Shown here piece by piece: positions 41,891-57,000 of a DNA stretch of 64,000 bases. Position 1 is the first letter of the stretch, and each line of letters opens with the position of its first letter. Both the position numbers and the translations under genes were made by a program. Origin of the DNA: the human T2T-CHM13v2.0 reference genome, Homo sapiens; assembly GCF_009914755.1 (NCBI RefSeq), contig NC_060939.1. One strand, written 5' to 3'. Below the pieces are notes generated by a model. That model saw only the letters and a list, made by a program, of their open reading frames with translations. It did no database searches and had not been told where the DNA came from.

Positions 41891-44800
41891 TCCATTCCAT
41901 TCGTGTCCATTCCACTCCAGTCCATTCCATTTGTGTCCACTGCATTCCATTCCACTCCATTCCATATTATTCCATTACACTCCATTCCATTCTATTACTT
42001 TCATTTCCATTCAATTCCATTCCATTTGATTCCATTCCACTCGGTTTCATTCCATTTGAGTCCACTCCATTCCATTCCATTCCATTCCATTCAGTTCCAT
42101 TCCATTCCGTTCCATTGCATTCCATTCCATTCGGTACCATTCCATATTGTTCCATTCGATTCCATTCGAATCCATTCCATTCCAGTCCATTCCATTCGAT
42201 TCCATTCCATTCCTTTCAATTCCATTCCATTCCATTCCATTCCACTTGATTCCACTCCATTCCCTTCCACTGCATTCCATTCGATTCCTTTCCATTGCAT
42301 TGCATTCCATTCCGTTGGACTGCATTCCATTCGATTCGATTCCATTCGAATCAATTACATAGCAATCCATTACATTCGAGTCTATTCTATTCCGTTCCAT
42401 TCGATTTCGTTCCAATCCATTCGATTCCATTCCATTCGATTCCATTCCATACTATTGCATTCCATTCTATTACATTATATTCGAATAATTTCCATTCAAG
42501 ACCATTTCTTTTGAGTCCATTCTATTTGAGTCCATTCCCTTTGATTCCATAACATTTGAGTCCATTCAATTCCATTCCTTTCGTTTGCATTCCATTTGAT
42601 GCCATTCCATTCAATTCTGTTCTACTCGACTCCAATACATTCAATTCCATTCCATCCGATTCCATTACATTCTTTTCATTTCTTATCCATTTCAAGCCAT
42701 TCCACTCCATTCCATTCCACTCGTTTCCTTTCCTTTCGAGTCCATTCCTCTCCAGTCCATTCCGTTCAATCCATTCCATTCCAGTCCATTCCATTCGAGT
42801 CCGTTCCATTCCAGTCCATTCCATTCGAGTCAATTCCATTCCATTCGATGTCTTTCCATAACGATCCATTCCATTCTATTCCTTTCGATTCCATTCCATT
42901 CTATTTCATTCCATTCGATTCCCTTCCATTGGACTCCTTTCCATTCGAGTGCATTCCATTCCGTTCCATTTCTTTCCGTTCTGTACGATTCCTACCGTTC
43001 GATTTCATTTTGTTCCAGTCCATTCCTTTCGCGTCCATTCCATTCCATTTCACTCCATTCGATTCCATTCCACTCGATTCCACTTCGTTCCATTTCATTG
43101 CATTCCATTCCATTCAACTCTATTGCCTTCCATTCCATTCCATTCGATTACATTCCATGCGATTCCATTCGAAATCGAATCAATTACATTGCAATCCATT
43201 ACTATTGAGTCCGTTTTATTCCAGTCCACTGCATTCTGGTCCATTCCATTTGATTCCATTCCATTCTATTCCATTCCATACAGTTGCATTCCATTGGATT
43301 CCATGCTATATCTATAAATTCAATTCGAGACCATTGCCTTTGAGTCCATTCTATATGATTCCATTCCATTCAAGTCCATTACATTTGGTTCAATTCCATT
43401 CCATTCCATTCCCTTCCATTCCATTCCAGTTGATATCAATCCATTCGATTCCATTCCATTCGAGCACATTCCATTTGAGTCCATTCCATTCGATGCCATT
43501 CCATTTGATTCTATTCCATTAGTCTCCATTCAATTCCATTAATCTCCATTCCATTCCATTCTACTCCAACTGATTCCATTCCATTCTATTCCTTTCCATT
43601 CCATTTCATTCCATTCCATTCCATTTCATTCCATTCCATTCCATTCGCTTCCATTCCATTCGTGTCCATTCCACTCCAGTCCATTCCATTCGTGTCCATT
43701 CCATTCCAGTCCATTCCATTTGTGTCCACTGCATTCCATTCCACTCCATTCCATATTATTCCATTACACTCCATTCCATTCTATTACTTTCATTTCCATT
43801 CAATTCCATTCCATTTGATTCCATTCCACTCGGTTTCATTCCATTTGAGTCCACTCCATTCCATTCCATTCCATTCAGTTCCATTCCATTCTGTTCCATT
43901 CCATTCCGTTCCATTGCATTCCATTCCATTCGGTACCATTCCATATTTTTCCATTCGATTCCATTCGAATCCATTCCATTCCAGTCCATTCCATTCGATT
44001 CCATTCCATTCATTTCAATTCCATTCCATTCCATTCCATTCCATTCCATTACATTCCACTTGATTCCTCTCCATTCCCTTCCACTGCATTCCGTTCGATT
44101 CCATTCCATTGCATTGCATTCCATTCCATTGGATTGCATTCCATTCGATTCCATTCCATTCGAATCAATTACATAGCAATCCATTGCATTCGAGTCTATT
44201 CTATTCCGTTCCATTCGATTTCGTTCCAATCCATTCGATTCCATTCCATTCGATTCCATTCCATACTATTGCATTCCATTCGATTACATTATATTCGAAT
44301 AAGTTCCATTCAAGACCATTTCTTTTGAGTCCATTCTATTTGAGTCCATTCCCTTTGATTCCATAACATTTGAGTCCATTCAATTCCATTCCTTTCGTTT
44401 CCATTCCATTTGATGCCATTCCATTCAATTCTGTTCTACTCGACTCCAATACATTCAATTCCATTCCATCCGATTCCATTACATTCTTTTCATTTCTTAT
44501 CCATTTCAAGCCATTCCACTCCATTCCATTCCACTCGTTTCCTTTCCATTCGAGTCCATTCCTCTCCAGTCCATTCCGTTCAATCCATTCCATTCCAGTC
44601 CATTCCATTCGAGTCCGTTCCATTCCAGTCCAATCCATTCGAGTCAATTCCATCCCATTCGATGTCTTTCCATAACGATCCATTCCATTCTATTCCTTTC
44701 GATTCCATTCCATTCTATTTCATTCCATTCGATTCCCTTCCATTGGACTCCTTTCCATTCGAGTGCATTCCATTCCGTTCCATTTCTTTCCGTTCTGTAC

Positions 44801-47800
44801 GATTCCTACCGTTCGATTTCATTTTGTTCCAGTCCATTCCTTTCGCGTCCATTCCATTCCATTTCACTCCATTCGATTCCATTCCACTCGATTCCACTTC
44901 GTTCCATTTCATTGCATTCCATTCTATTCAACTCTATTGCCTTCCATTCCATTCCATTCGATTACATTCCATGCGATTCCATTCGAAATCGAATCAATTA
45001 CATTGCAATCCATTACTATTGAGTCCATTTTATTCCAGTCCACTGCATTCTGGTCCATTCCATATGATTCCATTCCATTCTATTCCATTCCATACAGTTG
45101 CGTTCCATTGGATTCCATTCTATATCTATAAATTCAATTGGAGACCATTGCTTTTGAGTCCATTCTATATGATTCCATTCCATTCAAGTCCATTACATTT
45201 GGTTCAATTCCATTCCATTCCATTCCCTTCCATTCCATTCCAGTTGATATCAATCCATTCGATTCCATTCCATTCGAGCACATTCCATTCGAGTCCATTC
45301 CATTCGATGCCATTCCATTTGATTCTATTCCATTAGTCTCCATTCAATTCCATTGATCTCCATTCCATTCCATTCTACTCCAACTGATTCCATTCCATTC
45401 TATTCCTTTCCATTCCATTTCATTCCATTCCATTCCATTTCATTTCATTCCATTCCATTCGCTTCCATTCCATTCGTGTCCATTCCACTCCAGTCCATTC
45501 CATTTGTGTCCACTGCATTCCATTCCACTCCATTCCATATTATTCCATTACACTCCATTCCATTCTATTACTTTCATTTCCATTCAATTCCATTCCATTT
45601 GATTCCATTCCACTCGGTTTCATTCCATTTGAGTCCACTCCATTCCATTCCATTCCATTCCATTCAGTTCCATTCCATTCCGTTCCATTGCATTCCATTC
45701 CATTCGGTACCATTCCATATTGTTCCATTCGATTCCATTCGAATCCATTCCATTCCAGTCCATTCCATTCGATTCCATTCCATTCCTTTCAATTCCATTC
45801 CATTCAATTCCATTCCACTTGATTCCACTCCATTCCCTTCCACTGCATTCCATTCGATTCCATTCCATTGCATTGCATTCCATTCCATTGGACTGCATTC
45901 CATTCGATTCGATTACATTCGAATCAATTACATAGCAATCCATTACATTCGAGTCTATTCTATTCCGTTCCATTCGATTTCGTTCCAATCCATTCGATTC
46001 CATTCCATTCGATTCCATTCCATACTATTGCATTCCATTCTATTACATTATATTCGAATAATTTCCATTCAAGACCATTTCTTTTGAGTCCATTCTATTT
46101 GAGTCCATTCCCTTTGATTCCATAACATTTGAGTCCATTCAATTCCATTCCTTTCGTTTGCATTCCATTTGATGCCATTCCATTCAATTCTGTTCTACTC
46201 GACTCCAATACATTCAATTCCATTCCATCCGATTCCATTACATTCTTTTCATTTCTTATCCATTTCAAGCCATTCCACTCCATTCCATTCCACTCGTTTC
46301 CTTTCCTTTCGAGTCCATTCCTCTCCAGTCCATTCCGTTCAATCCATTCCATTCCAGTCCATTCCATTCGAGTCCGTTCCATTCCAGTCCATTCCATTCG
46401 AGTCAATTCCATTCCATTCGATGTCTTTCCATAACGATCCATTCCATTCTATTCCTTTCGATTCCATTCCATTCTATTTCATTCCATTCGATTCCCTTCC
46501 ATTGGACTCCTTTCCATTCGAGTGCATTCCATTCCGTTCCATTTCTTTCCGTTCTGTACGATTCCTACCGTTCGATTTCATTTTGTTCCAGTCCATTCCT
46601 TTCGCGTCCATTCCATTCCATTTCACTCCATTCGATTCCATTCCACTCGATTCCACTTCGTTCCATTTCATTGCATTCCATTCTATTCAACTCTATTGCC
46701 TTCCATTCCATTCCATTCGATTACATTCCATGCGATTCCATTCGAAATCGAATCAATTACATTGCAATCCATTACTATTGAGTCCGTTTTATTCCAGTCC
46801 ACTGCATTCTGGTCCATTCCATTTGATTCCATTCCATTTTATTCCATTCCATACAGTTGCATTCCATTGGATTCCATGCTGTATCTATAAATTCAATTCG
46901 AGACCATTGCTTTTGAGTCCATTCTATATGTTTCCATTCCATTCAAGTCCATTACATTTGTTTCAATTCCATTCCATTCCATTCCCTTCCATTCCATTCC
47001 AGTTGATATCAATCCATTCGATTCCATTCCATTCGAGCACATTCCATTCGAGTCCATTCCATTCGATGCCATTCCATTTGATTCTATTCCATTAGTCTCC
47101 ATTCAATTCCATTAATCTCCATTCCATTCCATTCTACTCCAACTGATTCCATTCCATTCTATTCCTTTCCATTCCATTTCATTCCATTCCATTCCATTTC
47201 ATTCCATTCCATTCCATTCGCTTCCATTCCATTCGTGTCCATTCCACTCCAGTCCATTCCATTTGTGTCCACTGCATTCCATTCCACTCCATTCCATATT
47301 ATTCCATTACACTCCATTCCATTCTATTACTTTCATTTCCATTCAATTCCATTCCATTTGATTCCATTCCACTCGGTTTCATTCCATTTGAGTCCACTCC
47401 ATTCCATTCCATTCCATTCCATTCACTTCCATTCTATTCTGTTCCATTCCATTCCGTTCCATTGCATTCCATTCCATTCGGTACCATTCCATATTGTTCC
47501 ATTCGATTCCATTCGAATCCATTCCATTCCACTCCATTCCATTCGATTCCATTCCATTCCTTTCCATTCCATTCCATTCCATTCCATTCCATTCCACTTG
47601 ATTCCACTCCATTCCCTTCCACTGCATTCCATTCGATTCCATTCCATTGCATTGCATTCCATTCCATTGGACTGCATTCCATTCGATTCCATTCCATTCG
47701 AATCAATTACATAGCAATCCATTACATTCGAGTCTATTCTATTCCGTTCCATTCGATTTCATTCCAATCCATTCGATTCCATTCCATTCGATTCCATTCC

Positions 47801-48038
47801 ATACTATTGCATTCCATTCGATTACATTATATTCGAATAAGTTCCATTCAAGACCATTTCTTTTGAGTCCATTCTATTTGAGTCCATTCCCTTTGATTCC
47901 ATAACATTTGAGTCCATTCAATTCCATTCCTTTCGTTTCCATTCCATTTGATGCCATTCCATTCAATTCTGTTCTACTCGACTCCAATACATTCAATTCC
48001 ATTCCATCCAATTCCATTACATTCTTTTCATTTCTTAT

Positions 48039-51000
48039 CCATTTCAAGCCATTCCACTCCATTCCATTCCACTCGTTTCCTTTCCATTCGAGTCCATTCC
48101 TCTCCAGTCCATTCCGTTCAATCCATTCCATTCCAGTCCATTCCATTCGAGTCCGTTCCATTCCAGTCCATTCCATTCGAGTCAATTCCATCCCATTCGA
48201 TGTCTTTCCATAACGATCCATTCCATTCTATTCCTTTCGATTCCATTCCATTCTATTTCATTCCATTCGATTCCCTTCCATTGGACTCCTTTCCATTCGA
48301 GTGCATTCCATTCCTTTCCATTTCTTTCCGTTCTGTACGATTCCTACCGTTCGATTTCATTTTGTTCCAGTCCATTCCTTTCGCGTCCATTCCATTCCAT
48401 TTCACACCATTCGATTCCATTCCACTCGATTCCACTTCGTTCCATTTCATTGCATTCCATTCTATTCAACTCTATTGCCTTCCATTCCATTCCATTCGAT
48501 TACATTCCATGCGATTCCATTCGAAATCGAATCAATTACATTGCAATCCATTACTATTGAGTCCATTTTATTCCAGTCCACTGCATTCTGGTCCATTCCA
48601 TTTGATTCCATTCCATTCTATTCCATTCCATACAGTTGCATTCCATTGGATTCCATTCTACATCTATAAATTCAATTCGAGACCATTGCTTTTGAGTCCA
48701 TTCTATATGATTCCATTCCATTCAAGTCCATTACATTTGGTTCAATTCCATTCCATTCCATTCCCTTCCATTCCATTCCAGTTGATATCAATCCATTCGA
48801 TTCCATTCCATTCGAGCACATTCCATTCGAGTCCATTCCATTCGATGCCATTCCATTTGATTCTATTCCACTAGTCTCCATTTAATTCCATTAATCTCCA
48901 TTCCATTCCATTCTACTCCAACTGATTCCATTCCATTCTATTCCTTTCCATTCCATTTCATTCCATTCCATTCCATTTCATTCCATTCCATTCCATTCGC
49001 TTCCATTCCATTCGTGTCCATTCCACTCCAGTCCATTCCATTCGTGTCCATTCCATTCCAGTCCATTCCATTTCTGTCCACTGCATTCCATTCCACTCCA
49101 TTCCATATTATTCCATTACACTCCATTCCATTCTATTACTTTCATTTCCATTCAATTCCATTCCATTTGATTCCATTCCACTCGGTTTCATTCCATTTGA
49201 GTCCACTCCATTCCATTCCATTCCATTCCATTCAGTTCCATTCCATTCTGTTCCATTCCATTCCGTTCCATTGCATTCCATTCCATTCGGTACCATTCCA
49301 TATTGTTCCATTCGATTCCATTCGAATCCATTCCATTCCAGTCCATTCCATTCGATTCCATTCCATTCCTTTCAATTCCATTCCATTCCATTCCATTCCA
49401 CTTGATTCCACTCCATTCCCTTCCACTGCATTCCATTCGATTCCATTCCATTGCATTGCATTCCATTCCATTGGACTGCATTCCATTCGATTCCATTCCA
49501 TTCGAATCAATTACATAGCAATCCATTACATTCAAGTCTATTCTATTCCGTTCCATTCGATTTCGTTCCAATCCATTCGATTCCATTCCATTCGATTCCA
49601 TTCCATACTATTGCATTCCATTCGATTACATTATATTCGAATAAGTTCCATTCAAGACCATTTCTTTTGAGTCCATTCTATTTGAGTCCATTCCCTTTGA
49701 TTCCTTATCATTTGAGTCCATTCAATTCCATTCCTTTCGTTTGCATTCCATTTGATGCCATTCCATTCAATTCTGTTCTACTCGACTCCAATACATTCAA
49801 TTCCATTCCATCCGATTCCATTACATTCTTTTCATTTCTTATCCATTTCAAGCCATTCCACTCCATTCCATTCCACTCGTTTCCTTTCCTTTCGAGTCCA
49901 TTCCTCTCCAGTCCATTCCGTTCAATCCATTCCATTCCAGTCCATTCCATTCGAGTCCGTTCCATTCCAGTCCATTCCATTCGAGTCAATTCCATTCCAT
50001 TCGATGTCTTTCCATAATGATCCATTCCATTCTATTCCTTTCGATTCCATTCCATTCTATTTCATTCCATTCGATTCCCTTCCATTGGACTCCTTTCCAT
50101 TCGAGTGCATTCCTTTCCGTTCCATTTCTTTCCGTTCTGTACGATTCCTACCGTTCGATTTCATTTTGTTCCAGTCCATTCTTTCGCGTCCATTCCATTC
50201 CATTTCACTCCATTCGATTCCATTCCACTCGATTCCACTTCGTTCCATTTCATTGCATTCCATTCTATTCAACTCTATTGCCTTCCATTCCATTCCATTC
50301 GATTACATTCCATGCGATTCCATTCGAAATCGAATCAATTACATTGCAATCCATTACTATTGAGTCCGTTTTATTCCAGTCCACTGCATTCTGGTCCATT
50401 CCATTTGATTCCATTCCATTCTATTCCATTCCATACAGTTGCATTCCATTGGATTCCATGCTATATCTATAAATTCAATTCGAGACCATTGCTTTTGAGT
50501 CCATTCTATATGATTCCATTCCATTCAAGTCCATTACATTTGGTTCAATTCCATTCCATTCCATTCCCTTCCATTCCATTCCAGTTGATATCAATCCATT
50601 CGATTCCATTCCATTCGAGCACATTCCATTCGAGTCCATTCCATTCGATGCCATTCCATTTGATTCTATTCCATTAGTCTCCATTCAATTCCATTAATCT
50701 CCATTCCATTCCATTCTACTCCAACTGATTCCATTCCATTCTATTCCTTTCCATTCCATTTCATTCCATTCCATTCCATTTCATTCCATTCCATTCCATT
50801 CGTGTCCATTCCACTCCAGTCCATTCCATTCGTGTCCATTCCATTCCAGTCCATTCCATTTGTGTCCACTGCATTCCATTCCACTCCATTCCATATTATT
50901 CCATTATACTCCATTCCATTCTATTACTTTCATTTCCATTCAATTCCATTCCATTTGATTCCATTCCACTCGGTTTCATTCCATTTGAGTCCACTCCATT

Positions 51001-54000
51001 CCATTCCATTCCATTCAGTTCCATTCCATTCTGTTCCATTCCATTCCGTTCCATTACATTCCATTCCATTCGGTACCATTCCATATTGTTCCATTCGATT
51101 CCATTCGAATCCATTCCATTCCAGTCCATTCCATTCGATTCCATTCCATTCATTTCAATTCCATTCCATTCCATTCCATTACATTCCACTTGATTCCTCT
51201 CCATTCCCTTCCACTGCATTCCGTTCGATTCCATTCCATTGCATTGCATTCCATTCCATTGGATTGCATTCCATTCGATTCCATTCCATTCGAATCAATT
51301 ACATAGCAATCCATTACATTCGAGTCTATTCTATTCCGTTCCATTCGATTTCGTTCCAATCCATTCGATTCCATTCCATTCGATTCCATTCCATACTATT
51401 GCATTCCATTCTATTACATTATATTCGAATAAGTTCCATTCAAGACCATTTCTTTTGAGTCCATTCTATTTGAGTCAATTCCCTTTGATTCCATAACATT
51501 TGAGTCCATTCAATTCCATTCCTTTCGTTCCCATTCCATTTGATGCCATTCCATTCAATTCTGTTCTACTCGACTCCAATACATTCAATTCCATTCCATC
51601 CGATTCCATTACATTCTTTTCATTTCTTATCCATTTCAAGCCATTCCACTCCATTCCATTCCACTCGTTTCCTTTCCATTCGAGTCCATTCCTCTCCAGT
51701 CCATTCCGTTCAATCCATTCCATTCCAGTCCATTCCATTCGAGTCCGTTCCATTCCAGTCCACTCCATTCGAGTCAATTCCATCCCATTCGATGTCTTTC
51801 CATAACGATCCATTCCATTCTATTCCTTTCGATTCCATTCCATTCTATTTCATTCCATTCGATTCCCTTCCATTGGACTCCTTTCCATTCGAGTGCATTC
51901 CATTCCGTTCCATTTCTTACCGTTCTGTACGATTCCTACCGTTCGATTTCATTTTGTTCCAGTCCATTCCTTTCGCGTCCATTCCATTCCATTTCACTCC
52001 ATTCGATTCCATTCCACTCGATTCCACTTCGTTCCATTTCATTGCATTCCATTCTATTCAACTCTATTGCCTTCCATTCCATTCCATTCGATTACATTCC
52101 ATGCGATTCCATTCGAAATCGAATCAATTACATTGCAATCCATTACTATTGAGTCCATTTTATTCCAGTCCACTGCATTCTGGTCCATTCCATTTGATTC
52201 CATTCCATTCTATTCCATTCCATACAGTTGCATTCCATTGGATTCCATTCTATATCTATAAATTCAATTCGAGACCATTGCTTTTGAATCCATTCTATAT
52301 GATTCCATTCCATTCAAGTCCATTACATTTGGTTCAATTCCATTCCATTCCATTCCCTTCCATTCCATTCCAGTTGATATCAATCCATTCGATTCCATTC
52401 CATTCGAGCACATTCCATTTGAGTCCATTCCATTCGATGCCATTCCATTTGATTCTATTCCATTAGTCTCCATTCAATTCCATTAATCTCCATTCCATTC
52501 CATTCTACTCCAACTGATTCCATTCCATTCTATTCCTTTCCATTCCATTTCATTCCATTCCATTCCATTTCATTCCATTCCATTCCATTCGCTTCCATTC
52601 CATTCGTGTGCATTCCACTCCAGTCCATTCCATTCGTGTCCATTCCATTCCAGTCCATTCCATTTGTGTCCACTGCATTCCATTCCACTCCATTCCATAT
52701 TATTCCATTACACTCCATTCCATTCTATTACTTTCATTTCCATTCAATTCCATTCCATTTGATTCCATTCCACTCGGTTTCATTCCATTTGAGTCCACTC
52801 CATTCCATTCCATTCCATTCCATTCAGTTCCATTCCATTCCGTTCCATTCCATTCCGTTCCATTGCATTCCATTCCATTCGGTACCATTCCATATTGTTC
52901 CATTCGATTCCATTCGAATCCATTCCATTCCAGTCCATTCCATTCGATTCCATTCCATTCCTTTCAATTCCATTCCATTCCATTCCATTCCACTTGATTC
53001 CACTCCATTCCCTTCCACTGCATTCCATTCGATTCCATTCCATTGCATTGCATTCCATTCCATTGGACTGCATTCCATTCGATTCCATTCCATTCGAATC
53101 AATTACATAGCAATCCATTACATTCGAGTCTATTCTATTCCGTTCCATTCGATTTCGTTCCAATCCATTCGATTCCATTCCATTCGATTCCATTCCATAC
53201 TATTGCATTCCATTCGATTACATTATATACGAATAAGTGCCATTCAAGACCATTTCTTTTGAGTCCATTCTATTTGAGTCCATTCCCTTTGATTCCATAA
53301 CATTTGAGTCCATTCAATTCCATTCCTTTCGTTTGCATTCCATTTGATGCCATTCCATTCAATTCTGTTCTACTCGACTCCAATACATTCAATTCCATTC
53401 CATCCGATTCCATTACATTCTTTTCATTTCTTATCCATTTCAAGCCATTCCACTCCATTCCATTCCACTCGTTTAATTTCCATTCGAGTCCATTCCTCTC
53501 CAGTCCATTCCGTTCAATCCATTCCATTCCAGTCCATTCCATTCGAGTCCGTTCCATTCCAGTCCATTCCATTCGAGTCAATTCCATTCCATTCGATGTC
53601 TTTCCATAACGATCCATTCCATTCTATTCCTTTCGATTCCATTCCATTCTATTTCATTCCATTCGATTCCCTTCCATTGGACTCCTTTCCATTCGAGTGC
53701 ATTCCATTCCGTTCCATTTCTTTCTGTTCTGTACGATTCCTACCGTTCGATTTCGTTTTGTTCCAGTCCATTCCTTTTGCGTCCATTCCATTCCATTTCA
53801 CTCCATTCGATTCCATTCTACTCGATTCCACTTCGTTCCATTTCATTGCATTCCATTCTATTCAACTCTATTGCCTTCCATTCCATTCCATTCGATTACA
53901 TTCCATGCGATTGCGTTCGAAATCGAATCAATTACATTGCAATCCATTACTATTGAGTCCGTTTTATTCCAGTGCACTGCATTCTGGTCCATTCCATTTG

Positions 54001-57000
54001 ATTCCATTCCATTCTATTCCATTCCATACAGTTGCATTCCATTGGATTCCATTCTATATCTATAAATTCAAATCGAGAACATTGCTTTTGAATCCATTCT
54101 ATATGATTCCATTCCATTCAAGTCCATTACATTTGGTTCAATTTCATTCCATTCCATTCCCTTCCATTCCATTCCAGTTGATATCAATCCATTCGATTCC
54201 ATTCCATTCGAGCACATTCCATTTGAGTCCATTCCATTCGATGCCATTCCATTTGATTCTATTCCATTAGTCTCCATTCAATTCCATTAATCTCCATTCC
54301 ATTCCATTCTACTCCAACTGATTCCATTCCATTCTATTCCTTTCCATTCCATTTCATTCCATTCCATTCCATTTCATTCCATTCCATTCCATTCGCTTCC
54401 ATTCCATTCGTGTCCATTCCACTCCAGTCCATTCCATTCGTGTCCATTCCATTCCAGTCCATTCCATTTGTGTCCACTGCATTCCATTCCACTCCATTCT
54501 ATATTATTCCATTACACTCCATTCCATTCTATTACTTTCATTTCCATTCAATTCCATTCCATTTGATTCCATTCCACTCGGTTTCATTCCATTTGAGTCC
54601 ACTCCATTCCATTCCATTCCATTCCATTCAGTTCCATTCCATTCTGTTCCATTCCATTCCGTTCCATTGCATTCCATTCCATTCGGTACCATTCCATATT
54701 GTTCCATTCGATTCCATTCGAATCCATTCCATTCCAGTCCATTCCATTCGATTCCATTCCATTCCTTTCAATTCCATTCCATTCCATTCCATTCCACTTG
54801 ATTCCACTCCATTCCCTTCCACTGCATTCCATTCGATTCCATTCCATTGCATTGCATTCCATTCCATTGGACTGCATTCCATTCGATTCCATTCCATTCG
54901 AATCAATTACATAGCAATCCATTACATTCGAGTCTATTCTATTCCGTTCCATTCGATTTCGTTCCAATCCATTCGATTCCATTCCATTCGATTCCATTCC
55001 ATACTATTGCATTCCATTCGATTACATTATATTCGAATAAGTGCCATTCAAGACCATTTCTTTTGAGTCCATTCTATTTGAGTCCATTCCCTTTGATTCC
55101 ATAACATTTGAGTCCATTCAATTCCATTCCTTTCGTTTCCATTCCATTTGATGCCATTCCATTCAATTCTGTTCTACTCGACTCCAATACATTCAATTCC
55201 ATTCCATCCGATTCCATTACATTCTTTTCATTTCTTATCCATTTCAAGCCATTCCACTCCATTCCATTCCACTCGTTTCCTTTCCATTCGAGTCCATTCC
55301 TCTCCAGTCCATTCCGTTCAATCCATTCCATTCCAGTCCATTCCATTCGAGTCCGTTCCATTCCAGTCCATTCCATTCGAGTCAATTCCATTCCATTCGA
55401 TGTCTTTCCATAACGATCCATTCCATTCTATTCCTTTCGATTCCATTCCATTCTATTTCATTCCATTCGATTCCCTTCCATTGGACTCCTTTCCATTCGA
55501 GTGCATTCCATTCCGTTCCATTTCTTTCCGTTCTGTACGATTCCTACCGTTCGATTTCATTTTGTTCCAGTCCATTCCTTTCGCGTCCATTCCATTCCAT
55601 TTCACTCCATTCGATTCCATTCCACTCGATTCCACTTCGTTCCATTTCATTGCATTCCATTCTATTCAACTCTATTGCCTTCCATTCCATTCCATTCGAT
55701 TACATTCCATGCGATTCCATTCGAAATCGAATCAATTACATTGCAATCCATTACTATTGAGTCCGTTTTATTCCAGTCCACTGCATTCTGGTCCATTCCA
55801 TTTGATTCCATTCCATTCTATTCCATTCCATACAGTTGCATTCCATTGGATTCCATGCTATATCTATAAATTCAATTCGAGACCATTGCTTTTGAGTCCA
55901 TTCTATATGATTCCATTCCATTCAAGTCCATTACATTTGGTTCAATTCCATTCCATTCCATTCCCTTCCATTCCATTCCAGTTGATATCAATCCATTCGA
56001 TTCCATTCCATTCGAGCACATTCCATTCGAGTCCATTCCATTCGATGCCATTCCATTTGATTCTATTCCATTAGTCTCCATTCAATTCCATTAATCTCCA
56101 TTCCATTCCATTCTACTCCAACTGATTCCATTCCATTCTATTCCTTTCCATTCCATTTCATTCCATTCCATTCCATTTCATTCCATTCCATTCCATTCGT
56201 GTCCATTCCACTCCAGTCCATTCCATTCGTGTCCATTCCATTCCAGTCCATTCCATTTGTGTCCACTGCATTCCATTACACTCCATTCCATATTATTCCA
56301 TTACACTCCATTCCATTCTATTATTTTCATTTCCAATCAATTCCATTCCATTTGATTCCATTCCACTCGGTTTCATTCCATTTGAGTCCACTCCATTCCA
56401 TTCCATTCCATTCCATTCCAATCCATTCCATACAGTTCCATTCCATTCTGTTCCATTCCATTCTGTTCCATTGCATTCCATTCCATTCGGTACCATTCCA
56501 TATTTTTCCATTCGATTCCATTCGAATCCATTCCATTCCAGTCCATTCCATTCGATTCCATTCCATTCCTTTCAATTCCATTCCATTCCATTCCATTCCA
56601 CTTGATTCCACTCCATTCCCTTCCACTGCATTCCATTCGATTCCATTCCATTGCATTGCATTCCATTCCATTGGACTGCATTCCATTCGATTCCATTCCA
56701 TTCGAATCAATTACATAGCAATCCATTACATTCGAGTCTATTCTATTCCGTTCCATTCGATTTCGTTCCAATCCATTCGATTCCATTCCATTCGATTCCA
56801 TTCCATACTATTGCATTCCATTCGATTACATTATATTCGAATAAGTTCCATTCAAGACCATTTCTTTTGAGTCCATTCTATTTGAGTCCATTCCCTTTGA
56901 TTCCATAACATTTGAGTCCATTCAATTCCATTCCTTTCGTTTGCATTCCATTTGATGCCATTCCATTCAATTCTGTTCTACTCGACTCCAATATATTCAA

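Noticed and set aside
41561-45134. 3573-bp spacing resembling the ~3.6 kb Y-chromosome DYZ1 unit
   Set aside because: It is only a local two-unit coincidence. The basic period across the window is 1.8 kb with near-identical monomers.
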